Below the pieces are notes generated by a model. It ran no database searches and had not been told where the DNA came from. It saw nothing but the letters and a program-made list of their open reading frames with translations. Positions 51,601 through 64,000 of a DNA stretch of 64,000 bases are shown piece by piece; position 1 is the stretch's first letter, and each line of letters opens with the position of its first letter. The DNA is from Paramecium tetraurelia (lineage: Eukaryota), in the NCBI GenBank assembly GCA_000165425.1, contig CT868664.1:62001-126000 (forward strand). Reading direction: 5' to 3'. The position numbers and the translations under genes are program-made.

Positions 51601-53296
51601 CTGCAAAGGTTTCTTCATCTTCTAGATTTTTTAATTTACTAATTGTATATAATTACATTTACTCTAGCAACTAAATAGATGAGGAATATTGCAAATTAAT
51701 TAATTCTCCCTTCTATGTTTAATTAATCTATTGAAACTTCTATTTAGAAATAGTTTGATAAGTAAGAATGTATTCTTATTCGTCTTTCCTTTTTTTCAAT
51801 TTGTTTTAATTCTTAGTTAAACTGTCTAATTATTACGTTTAATGTTTCTCCTAGAATTAATAATATTCACTACTTCTTTCTTCTTAATAAGTTGAAAAAA
51901 TTCTAAGTGATCTTTTTTATTTTAAATTCTTTGTTCCTTGAAAGATTTCCATTCTTCACTTTTTTTGGTTTAAAACTTTTCAATTCTATCTTAAATGCTT
52001 TTCAATTTCTCATCCCATTCTTCAATTTTTTCTTACTATTTTTCTTCTGATTGCTTATATCTTTCTCTCTACTTTGTAAATTTTTATTGATGTTCATTCT
52101 TTTTAGATTATGACATTTTCAACAGTAACTGTTCATGATCTTCTAGCAATTTCTCTGATTTAGATAGTTTCTAACCAACTTTATTGAATAATTCATATTC
52201 CTTTTCTTCTCTTTCTTATTTAATTTTTAGATTAATATTGCTCAACTTCTATTCAAAGTACTATTGCTTTTCCAACCTGTTTTTTTCCATTTGTTCTGCA
52301 GTCTTCTATCGTTTGTTCATTGACAACCGTTCTATTCAAGCTTGTTGTTTTCTCGTAAGATCCTCCATCAAACGATTACCGAAATCATCTTTAAAATGAT
52401 TAATCTTATCTTCTAACTTACGATTGCGAGAGGCAATCTCAGATATCATTTTAGTTCTTTGTTATTGAATTGAAAATTATCTAAAGGAATAATATAATAA
52501 AAGGTCTTACTTGGCTTCCATTTTCTCTTGAATAGATTTTGAATTTTGAAAATCATTTTCTATTTGTTCCCTGACTTTTTATTAATGAATTTATAATTTC
52601 TCATAAACTTTCTTATTCTCCGATGCTGCTTTCTTCTTGAGATTATCAAAGGTCTCTTTACGCGTAGCAAGTAGTTTCTCTTCCCTTTGCGAGATTTCTT
52701 GTATTTTGAGTCTTCTGTCCAATTCCTACTTAATTGCCTATTTAGCAAAGCAATCATTAATTTTTTGTTCTTTGTTCCTCTCGTCTTCAATTAGTTGCAA
52801 TTTCTGATCCAAATTGAGTATTTCAAATGAGCTTATAAACCTTTTGGTTTTCACAGGTTCTGGCCACTTACTAAGTTTGAGAATATGAAAATACTAGCCT
52901 CTGAGTTCGTCTTCTTCTCTCTGCCTCCTTTGAAAATCAGCCTTGATTCGTTTCCTGCCATCAAAGAGATTCTAGTAATCCACTATTCGATAGATATATA
53001 TGAAATTTACTGATGAGCTCTCTCAAGTAATTTAGATAGGCCCTCTAGAGGTCTTTTTCAGTATATGGGATTTTTTGGATCTCAAAATCATAATGCAACT
53101 CGAACTTATTCCTAGATGAGTCAGATCACAAATGAAACTTTCGACGAAAGTGATAACGATCTTATCCTAGACTTTCCATGGCTTTTTGAGTGATAGGAGA
53201 GTCAGGACGGAATTTGAGTTCGTAATCCTATATGAGGGAGAGCAATTTGCGAGGGTGGGAGATATTGATGAATTTGGATTCTGTGACAAATAGCAT
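51601..53296 (-). CDS. Long coiled-coil protein; 3' end lost in the gap
   Basis: ATG at 53296 (MLFVTESKF..PDSPITQKAMESLG), tiny introns, E/K/Q/R-rich helical body. Confidence 0.75.
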
Positions 53297-53315
53297 TTAA
53301 TTAATTAATTAAATG
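53294..53315. promoter_or_regulatory. Perfect 22-bp palindrome CAT(TTAA)4ATG joining two divergent start codons
   Basis: CATTTAATTAATTAATTAAATG equals its own reverse complement. Confidence 0.6.
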
Positions 53316-56148
53316 TACTCTTGCGACATACTACCATTGCCAGGATAACAGTTTCGTTATGCAAAGAATCTGAATCTTCTTCGTTTGGATAATTATTCCA
53401 AGTATGACAGTAATGGACACAACTTCAGTTAGGATCAACAAAGTTCTACCAGAATCAGGAAACCGACCAGCAAATTGAAGTTGTTGAGTGTATGCAATTT
53501 GGTTGTCATAGTAGTTGCATACTTTAAAGAAGGACGAAGGCAAAAATTTCTATCATCACACTTCCATCTACAATTTAAAGGAATACAACAATTTAACTAA
53601 GTCTCCTGTATTTTTGTAAGCACTCCAAAATATATCTGTAGTTTGAGTGGTAACACTCAGAAATTGAATGAAATGCAGGCTAAGGTGCTCCTGACTGATT
53701 TTCAGAGGAAGGTAACCGCTTACTTGAAGAAGGTGCCTAATTCCAATAATAATAAATAATATTATTCTGATATAAAACTACCAGGATATTCAAAAGATTA
53801 TGAGACGTAGCAGATTATACTACATACTCAGTAAGAAGAATTGCTAAATCGATCATTATGTCTGAATAAATACAATTACAGACCAGAATGTAATTATTAA
53901 TTTTACTGCATTTAAGTCTCTGATGTCGGACTTGAAGTCAGGTTGATGAACAACACCAAATCTTTCAGTAAACAAGTCATTCCTAATGAAAGAATACAGA
54001 ATCGCTTACTCAAGTTTATGGAAAAGTACCTAAACGATGAACACATCGATTATGACTTAAAGTAATTTTGCTCTTTTCATTTATATACACAGAATGTAGA
54101 TGATGACTAAGCAATACCGTGAAATTGTTAAGAAGATCAAAACCTAGGCTTTCAAAGTCAAAGTTCCTGATCACTATTAGATCTAGATGAGTGATTTCAA
54201 TGATTACTATCAAGTCAATGAGAGAAAGTAAAGAGAATATCTAGAATAATAATTTGACTCTTTAGCCGATCAGATTATTTAATCTATACAGCAGAGCTAA
54301 GACTCTATGTCTTCTTATAGAGAATCTTAATCGGACATCTACGAATTAGAACATCCACAGGCTACTCCAAATAATCACAAGTAAGAAATATAGTAAGAGG
54401 AACTAAATGAAATTGATGAAGATGATGATACAGTGAATGACATGAAGAAATCCAAAAAGACTGGAAAACAAAAGGATCCTAAAAAACTAACCAAGAAGCA
54501 ATCTATCAAAGTATAACGACCCTCAACTCTATAAAGATAAGAGTCGGATGTTATTTAACAATTAAGTGAATTGAACAATCAAAATCTATAAAGAGAATAA
54601 CGATAACCTACTGTTTAGTAGATTGAACCAATTCAAGAGGAGGAATTAAAACAGACAATCCAAGAACTCACAGAAGAACTATAGAAACCACACAAAAAAC
54701 ATTTGACCAAAGCTCAAAGGGAAGAATAGAAAAAGAGAAAGAAGGAGATTCAGAGATTGCATGAAGATATTGAAAGAATCAAAAAAGAAAAGGGAGGAGA
54801 TTTTGAATATGAGAAGAGTGATTCTGATAGTGAAGATAGGTTTAGAAGGTAGAAATTGTACAATTAATTTGATGATATGTTTAAGCCAAGACAACTCTCT
54901 AGAAGATAATCACATCAACATGACTAAAGTGAAGGAGAAGATCTAGATTATGCTAGTGAACAAGAAGTTGAAGATAGAAACAAAATTCAAAGGGTTGAGT
55001 AAATCATACAATAAAAACGAGATCCTAATTATTAATATAATCCTTAAGAATTTTGGTAACAAGAAGTTAAAATCAACGTAAAGAAACCTTAATTTCCTAA
55101 TGTTGTGTCTTAATAAAGACAATAAGAGTAATTCTTATAATTTTAAAGAGAAAAACTTGAATAATAAATGCAAATGATTAATTAGAAATACACACAGTAA
55201 CCAAACGACACATCTTAACAATAACCTAATAATCTTTAATAGTAAATACCTACCTAATAACAACAGTAATAATAATCATATTAATTTTAATAATAGATTA
55301 AAAATAATTAATAATAAATTCACCCTTCTAACAAAAATAATCCCTAATAATAATCTACTCCTATTCCCCAATAGGATGAAAGATAGAAATAACACCCAAA
55401 CTATAGTGTTTAAAAATCCTTTAAAACTCCTCAGTCGATGCCTTCTCAATAAAATAATTAGGATTCATTACCCGGAATATAAGATCACTCATTTGATACT
55501 AAACAAAATTCTTAACCCATCCTTCCATTTTAAGCTTAGGAAGTGCAGAATGGCGTAGCATAAATTAAAAATCAAACTCAAAATAAAAATAAAAACCAAT
55601 AATAATAATAATTTGAATAAAGTGACTAAAAGCAAAAGCAAAAACAATAGGGTTCAAGCGCTAATAAAAAATAGGAACAACCCACCTCAGATAATAAGGG
55701 TAGGCAAATTCCATCAATGAAAAAACTTGATTAAGAAGATGCATAGATATCTAAAGAAATAGAAGAATAATTACGATAAGTTTAATACACTTTGAATAGG
55801 GTTAAAATGGGTATGTATGAGAAAATGATGGCAGCTCAATCAGTTTATGATGTGGATATTCATGTAACAATATTGTACTATAATTAGGAATACAAATTGA
55901 TAGATTTTCCTTTAAATCAAACAGTATTTCCTAAACTCAATGGAGAGGATGAAAAGTTAATCTTTCAATAATTGTATTTAATTTAAATATCCTAAGATTC
56001 GCTTGGTAGAAAGAGATCTATAAAACAATTCCAATTTTGCATCAAGTGAATAGAAATTTATAAGTATTTAATCTCATTAACATAGATTCCTGATGAAAAT
56101 GAGGGAGCAGCTTCATAATTAGTTAGTAGTGATGATGATAACAACTGA
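53313..56148 (+). CDS. Hypothetical protein with acidic and Gln-rich low-complexity regions
   Basis: ATG at 53313, several tiny introns, long TAA/CAA-rich poly-Gln tracts, ends SSDDDNN*. Confidence 0.7.
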
Positions 56149-56869
56149 TAATATTTTAGTTATTTAATGTTGTTACTATATTAAAGTTAAAATATATATC
56201 TAAACTGAATTGTTAAGGTAGACATTAAGTATGATTGAATCTTAACATAAAAATCAGTTATCCAAGTAAGATTAAATCTTAAAAAATGCATAAGAGTCTA
56301 GCTTATGTATAAATTATTTCTTGAATCTTCAGTATTTTTTACTTGAAATTCATAAATATTAATAATTGATAAATAATTAAACTAAAATTAGTATAATGTA
56401 TAAATCAAACTGTACAAATTTCTAATGATTTTATATAGTTCTTACAATAAATAATTACTTAAGCACATTTCAGTAAAATGATTCATGATTATAATTATTA
56501 TTTCCTTAACATTTTCAACTTCAATTGTTAAATTTGATTTGTTAAATAATAATTACTTTTTGACAGAAGAAGTTGAACCCCAACTTTTTCAGTTTTTTTA
56601 ATAATTTTTTTGGGCATACGGTTAACAATCTGAGATAAAATAATTTCTATTCTCAAAGATTTGTTATCTCATTGCAGTGCACTTATTCAGTTGTATGGAA
56701 TTTCTATAACGACTGCCAATGTCCAAGTATTCTTTGGAGAAGGTCAGGAGTGCAGGGATAGTACAAGTTTAGTCTTAAAATTGAGAATATGGGTAATTTG
56801 TTAACAGTTTGAAGATGGTGAGCAAGATGTACATATCATGAATGATAATATAATAATATTAATTAAAAA

Positions 56870-57462
56870 ATGGAAGAATAAGGCATGCGTCCAGAAACAT
56901 CGAAGTGCTCGAGGATGGAAAAGCGGAGATTAGTGTCACAGAGTCATTAAAGATAGGAGTCGAGTCAAGCTCAAAGAATTAATGGAATCACTTTATAATA
57001 ATATTTCAGGGGAGGCAACTTCAGAGTGCTGGAAATTAACGAAGATGAATGGGATAACTAATAACCTGAATAATAGGCACCTAAAGCTCCACTTCTTTAA
57101 AATAACAATTTTCGTATTAAAACAGATAAGAAAATAAACAACAAAAAACTACTTGAAAGATCCCCTGTCTAAAACTTAACTATGAGTAAAGATTTTAACC
57201 AACGTAAAATTAACCGAGTAAGTAAAACAATTGACTATTATGCTAGCCTCATATCACATCAAATGAATTCTTTCAAAATGAAGACGATCTTCGGAAAACT
57301 AAGATAGAATTGAAATACGGACGTATGAAAGAGGATGCAATTAATAGATTTGGTAACCCGGATTAAGAACTATTTAATAAATATGCAGATAAATTTAACA
57401 TTACCAAGGAGCCTCCAAAGCTAACACTTGCGCCAAGAGAACTCTTCACAAAATTTAAATGA
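56870..57462 (+). CDS. Hypothetical protein
   Basis: MEEQGMRPETSK..; one 29-nt GTAAGT..CTAG intron; ends ELFTKFK*. Confidence 0.65.
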
Positions 57463-58437
57463 ATATAAATTCTTTTTTCATAGCCACTGCAAGTTCCAAA
57501 TACTGTTATCTTTCAAAAATAACAGCTAAAATATCTCATATTTCAATATTTCTAACTAACCTTTAATTAAATACAATCTCATCTAATCATATCAGCTATC
57601 TTCAATTATAACCTAAATTCTGAGTAACTTCAAAACTTAGTCTGCTATAAAAATAAAATATATATAACAATAGATTCGTGCATATTCTTATTAAAATTAA
57701 ACATTTTCAAACATTTATTATTTTATAAAATTCAATAGAGGATGTCTACTAAAATCACACTCTCATTCATTACCATATTCCATATATTTTGATGATCCTG
57801 AATGGTCTAATGCTTATATATATTGAGAATGGTTAAGTCTTATTAGAGTTGAGTTAAATACCATGTCATTACCAATATGTAATATCCATTAATCAATGGA
57901 TAATTTGACTCCAAGTCCTTATATCAACATCAAAAAGAAAACTAATGACTAGCAATCAAATCTATTTAAACTAATTTAGGAGACTTAATCTTATTGGATA
58001 TTATATTTATACAGACATAAAGATTAATGGTTGCCATAAATATTGTAAACAAATTGACGCTTTATATTTATACTTGAATGCTTGAAGAATACTGAAAAGA
58101 GATTGCAGAATAAGAAAGTTTATATATTTTCAAAAATAGATTCACCATGTATAATCTGGTTCTCCATCTTAGGCAATAGATATTAAATTATTTATTGAAC
58201 ATAAATAAAAATTAGGAATTCTTCTTTATAATCATATCTCCATATTAATCAATTTAATAAATTAGTTTGACAAACTTTCAGTCCATTAATTACTAATCTT
58301 ATAAATAGAAATTAAATTCTCATTATTCAATTCTATGCATTTATCTTAATTAAAATCAAAAATTGAAAATGATCATGTAATTGAAAATATTTTGAATGAA
58401 TGTGGAAATATTTGAAAACAGTATTATAATTTAGTAA

Positions 58438-59735
<1,298 letters not shown>

Positions 59736-59774
59736 TCATAATATTAATATAATATTAACACATATCTTATTATT

Positions 59775-60126
59775 ATGAATAAGTTATTATTAAGCATAGC
59801 CAGGATACCAAAATATTAACCAAGATTTTCATTCAGCAAAGCATTAAAGGACAAGGACAAAGGTGATGAAAAAGCATTCTTTTCAAAAGAAGATTGTAAT
59901 TGCCTGCATTAAATATTCGATTAGAAAAATTGATGTCTAAATTACTTAAGAAAATGAAAGAGGCTAATGAGCACCCATAAGCAGCAGGAAGTAATAGTGC
60001 AGAGGACAAGGAGGAATTATAAGTATGATAAAGTATTACTAAAATTAGAAAATATTTAATAGATATAAAGTCAATTATACAGATGCATTCATTGAAGAGG
60101 TCCTGAATTGGAAGAAATCAGATTGA
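59775..60126 (+). CDS. IF1: Mitochondrial ATP synthase inhibitor IF1
   Basis: Presequence ending PRFSFS, then LKDKDKGDEKAFFSKEDQKLMSKLLKKMK (IF1 inhibitory helix) and alveolate-type tail FIEEVLNWKK. Two introns. Confidence 0.8.
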
Positions 60127-60469
60127 AATAAATACATAATAACATTATTACAAGAATAAGCATAATTAATGGAATTTTGTTATTTTGGTTTAATTACAAT
60201 TTATCAATTCGCATTAACACAAATAAATTTAATAAAATAATCAATCATTTGTATTTTATAAGGAAAGAATTCTTATGGATATAATATCAATAAAGTACGT
60301 ACTGAAAAATGTACCAGTTCTATAAAATTAATTTGTTTCGTTCTTTGATCTGTTCTTAAATTATATATCAATTATCAATAATTCTGAAGAAGAAAGAAAG
60401 GGAAAGTTAATTCTAATGATTTTTAGTGATGTTATGTATTTTTATTATTTATTATTATTTTAATCAGTC

Positions 60470-62562
60470 ATGAAAAAAGTATTTAGATTTGATGAATCTA
60501 GCAATTTAAAAAATGCTATTTTTGTGAACACCATTGAAAATCAAAAGTCTGTTCTTTTGAAAACCATCAATCAAGAATTTTAAGCAAATATCTTTGAAAA
60601 TATACCCAGAACTTCTACTTTTTCAAAGCATTTGAAATAATAATTGAACCAAGATACATAATAGCTAAAGAAAGGTGACAATCAATAATAAATATAAATT
60701 AAAAAAATGAGAGGAGAGATCAAATTACCGAAATTTGATGGAGAAGTCAAATGGCCATTTTTTAGAGTATCAACAGATGCATCTATCAAACATTTTTGGA
60801 ACAGAAAAACTCAACAAGACAATAAAAAGAAATGGCAACATGATAATTATGCATTCTAAAACATAATGCTTCGAATAGGAAGGAAGAAAAAGAACGCCAA
60901 AGGCTATTATTTTAAATTAACTTATTCAGGAATGCTAATGTATTTTAAAAAAGTATTTAAAATACATTAAATAGGAATCTGATAATTATCCTAAGGGTTA
61001 TTTAGAATTAAGTTACAAAAACAGAGCAATTCTTTCCTTTTAAAAAACCAAAAAGAATATTTAAATTCCACTTATCTATATAGAACGAGCAGAGGGAATT
61101 GGCATTACAATATTTGACCATCAAAATGAATTAACATTATAATTTTTTGAAGCACTCCAAGATTTCTGTTTAATGAAAGGGTATGAACATATCTATTCAG
61201 AAATTGAGACTCTTGGAAGTGGAGCTTTTGCAACGGTGTATAAGGTGTAAAGGAAAAGAGATGATGCAACATTTGCAGCAAAAACAATAACTAAAAAGAT
61301 GTTTGAAGAGAATAAGCATTAAGAGAAGTTTATAGTAAAAATTACATTTACATAATAGTTTAGTAAATGGTCTACAATGAAGTAATTGCATTGAAATCAT
61401 TTGATCATGTTGGAATTGAAAAGATTTATGAAGTCTACTAAGAAAAGGAAAAACTAGTGATAATAATTGAATATTGTGATGGAGGCACACTTTATCAGTA
61501 TTTTAAATAAAAAGGGAGGTTGGTTGAGAAAAATATCGCATGCATATTAAAAGGAATTGGAGATGCCCTTTTTGAATTACATTAAAATGGATTTGTTCAT
61601 AGAGATATTAAATTAGAAAACATAATGATAGAATCTAAAGACACACTCTAAATGAAATTAGTGGATTTTGGATTTGCTGAACAAATTAATGAGGAGTAAT
61701 TGTTAAGCAAAGCTGGAACTCCAGGTTTTCTGCCTCCAGAAATCTTTAAAGGATAGCCATACACTTAAAAAGGAGATGTGTTTAGTCTAGGTGTTGTACT
61801 ATACATTGTAATATATTGTGTAATTACTTTTAGTTAGCAGCTGGATATCCTCCATTTAGAGGAAAGCCAAGCCAAATATAGGTTTTGAATTAAAAATGTT
61901 AAATCAATTTCGAAAAGCATCCTTGGCCTGAATTGTCGTAAGATCTGAAGTAGTTGATTAAGAAAATGTTGGAATCTAAAGTAGAGGAGAGATTACTCAT
62001 AGGTGAAGTATTGGATTCAGCCTTTGTTACCCATCATATTAAGAATACATCAGAAACTAATTATAAATCTTATTAGATGTTATCTGGTTTGGATATTGAA
62101 AAACATAATAAGAAGACCAGTATAAAGAATTCTGAATCTGGAGGGTCAAAACAAAGCAAGGAATTTCAATTAGACTTTTCAGTCCATACCAATGATATTA
62201 AATCATTGTATTAAAAGAATTCAATTAAGACTTTAAAGACTGTGTAATCCCAACGATCAAGAAGACAGTCTGTGAAATAAACATAAAACTTGAAGTAATC
62301 AATGTCTGCTCCTCGAAAATCAGATATTGATAAATATTAAGAGAAGAGAAAATAGAGTCACCCTGATAGATCAAGTTATCAAAGAGATTCAGAAATTTTG
62401 AATAGCTCTTTTGGTGAAATCATGAAACAAAATGAAAAAAGTAAAATGAGATAATCAATCATGACTACATTTATAGATTTTCAAGCCCTTTCATTTGACC
62501 AAAAATATTTCATAAGAAAATCAGGAAATATATTCAATAAAACTAAAATCCCAAGCCTATGA
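60470..62562 (+). CDS. CAMK-group Ser/Thr kinase with N-terminal PH-like region
   Basis: LGSGAFATVYKV, FAAK, IEYCDGG, HRDIKLEN, LVDFGFA, AGTPGFLPPE, DVFSLGVVLY, GYPPF. Confidence 0.88.
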
Positions 62563-62589
62563 AAAACTTTGATTTATTAAAATTCATAA

Positions 62590-64000
62590 TCATTACAACT
62601 GTAATAGTTCTTTTAAACATTCATCTATTAACTAATCTTAAACCATCAATGAAATTTCAACTAAAATTTCAGATTGCTCTTCGTCATACACCAACCATCT
62701 CTCTTCATTTTGATAGATCTTTTTACATCATAAAAATGATTACTTCTTAATTAAGCATTCTTATCATTCTCTCCTCTTTAATCTAATTTAAGTACTCCTG
62801 ATCAAGCATCAAAATTTTTGGAAAGGGTGAGTCTGGTTTATCAATTATCAAACCTACTAAACAGGATGCCCAATCAGTCACTTATCCAATTGCTCCCTAA
62901 AAGATCTACGAGAGAGTTTCCTACTTCTTATTTCTATGAAAATAGTATGATCATTTTACCTCTATATCAACTCTAAAGGTTGTTTAATCCAAGGCAAGGG
63001 ATAACCATTTAATCCAAAAGGTCTATAATAATCCAAAGCTTCGTTTAGAGCATCATACAAGACTTTATTGTGAATATGCTCTAATTCTAATAAAAATCCA
63101 TCTTCTAATGACATTTTTTCCTCTTCCATAAGTATATTTTCAAATTCTGCATATAATTATGTTGATAAGATAGCTTAATTTGAGTAATCTTACTCACTGG
63201 ATTAATAATCATCTTCTTCGTCATAATAATGGAAAAATTTCAAAATCTCCTTAGGATTGGGTCCGAAAGGAGTATTTATTTTTTGGATTAATGCTGCCTT
63301 CCAGTCGGATTATAATAAAAATTATTCTAATCTAGTTAGATAGGTTTTAACCTATTAAATATTTGATTTGATTCCTTTAAACTCAGGTAATTTTATTGAT
63401 GCTGTGATATTTTTATTAAACACCATTAATTCTTCATACATATCTTGTATTTCATTTCCAATAATTGAATTTGCAATTAAAATGCAATATGATTAGATTT
63501 GAGAATCATCATATTCTGGTTCATTTTGAGAATGGGTTGATACTTTAATGACTTAAGAGGGTTGTATTTTTGCACAATCTAAAACATCGCTGGTATACAA
63601 CATCTCATCATCCCATTCTAATTATTCATATATCAATTTTTAGTTGTCTTCTTTTTAGTATTGAGGAGGAGATGGGGAAGGAGAAGATTTTGGTACCTTT
63701 CTGATATTTTATGATTCACAAATAGGAGAACTATAATTCATAGTGGCAGTATCAAAATTATTAGTCTTACCTATTTTTGTTTGAGGTCCTGAATTAATTT
63801 CTCTGATCAATCTTATGTTACTTATAGTTTCACTTGAGAAGGAAGACGTTAATTACTAATTATTCAATTTAGACATAAATAACAGATCCTTTTAGGTTTT
63901 GATAAAGGATTCATATAGACCTTTCCATCCAATTTCAATGTTAGATTTCTACTATTTAAACTCATCTTTTTCTTTTGTGACCCACTTTTCAATTTTGAAT
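62590..64000 (-). CDS. DUF4378 (CEP350/CAP350-like C-terminal) domain protein, 3' part only
   Basis: EHIHNKVLYDALNEALDYYRPFG..PLPW..EERWLVYDEEQSEILVEISLMVQDQLIDEC. Confidence 0.7.

Noticed and set aside
50854..51642. The two longest ORFs in the track
   Set aside because: Artefacts of translating the N gap.
56561..56590. AACCCCAA resembling a ciliate telomerase RNA template
   Set aside because: The conserved UGUCA boundary element is not 5' of it on the same strand, the motif sits in a small hairpin, and T-runs follow immediately.

Overview
Gene-dense, very AT-rich eukaryotic DNA from a ciliate, almost certainly a Paramecium macronuclear scaffold. TAA/TAG are read as Gln (translation table 6) and TGA is the only stop. 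Genes are split by tiny GT..AG introns of about 19-31 nt, and several intergenic gaps are only 5-50 bp. The supplied ORF track uses the standard code, so it mostly shows fragments; I re-translated by hand with code 6 and splicing. About 33 protein-coding genes can be traced, including Utp14, AP-3 mu, a trichocyst matrix protein, CK1-, PDK1- and CAMK-type kinases, a DJ-1/PfpI protein, 3-hydroxybutyryl-CoA dehydrogenase, Cdh1/Fzr (cut by a 668-N gap), a pepsin-family protease and mitochondrial IF1. Best leads: a ~2800-aa secreted protein with ten ~210-aa LamG/ConA-like repeats that shares a promoter-proximal motif with the trichocyst gene; two inverted paralogs with DEG/ENaC-like 2TM topology; two apparent pseudo-enzymes (TGS1-like, and laforin-like CBM20-DSP); a Siva-like Zn finger; a Vti1-like protein lacking the SNARE motif; and head-to-head gene pairs only 10 and 16 bp apart. 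No rRNA, tRNA, CRISPR or transposon was recognised. All family calls come from motif recognition by eye, not from database searches.
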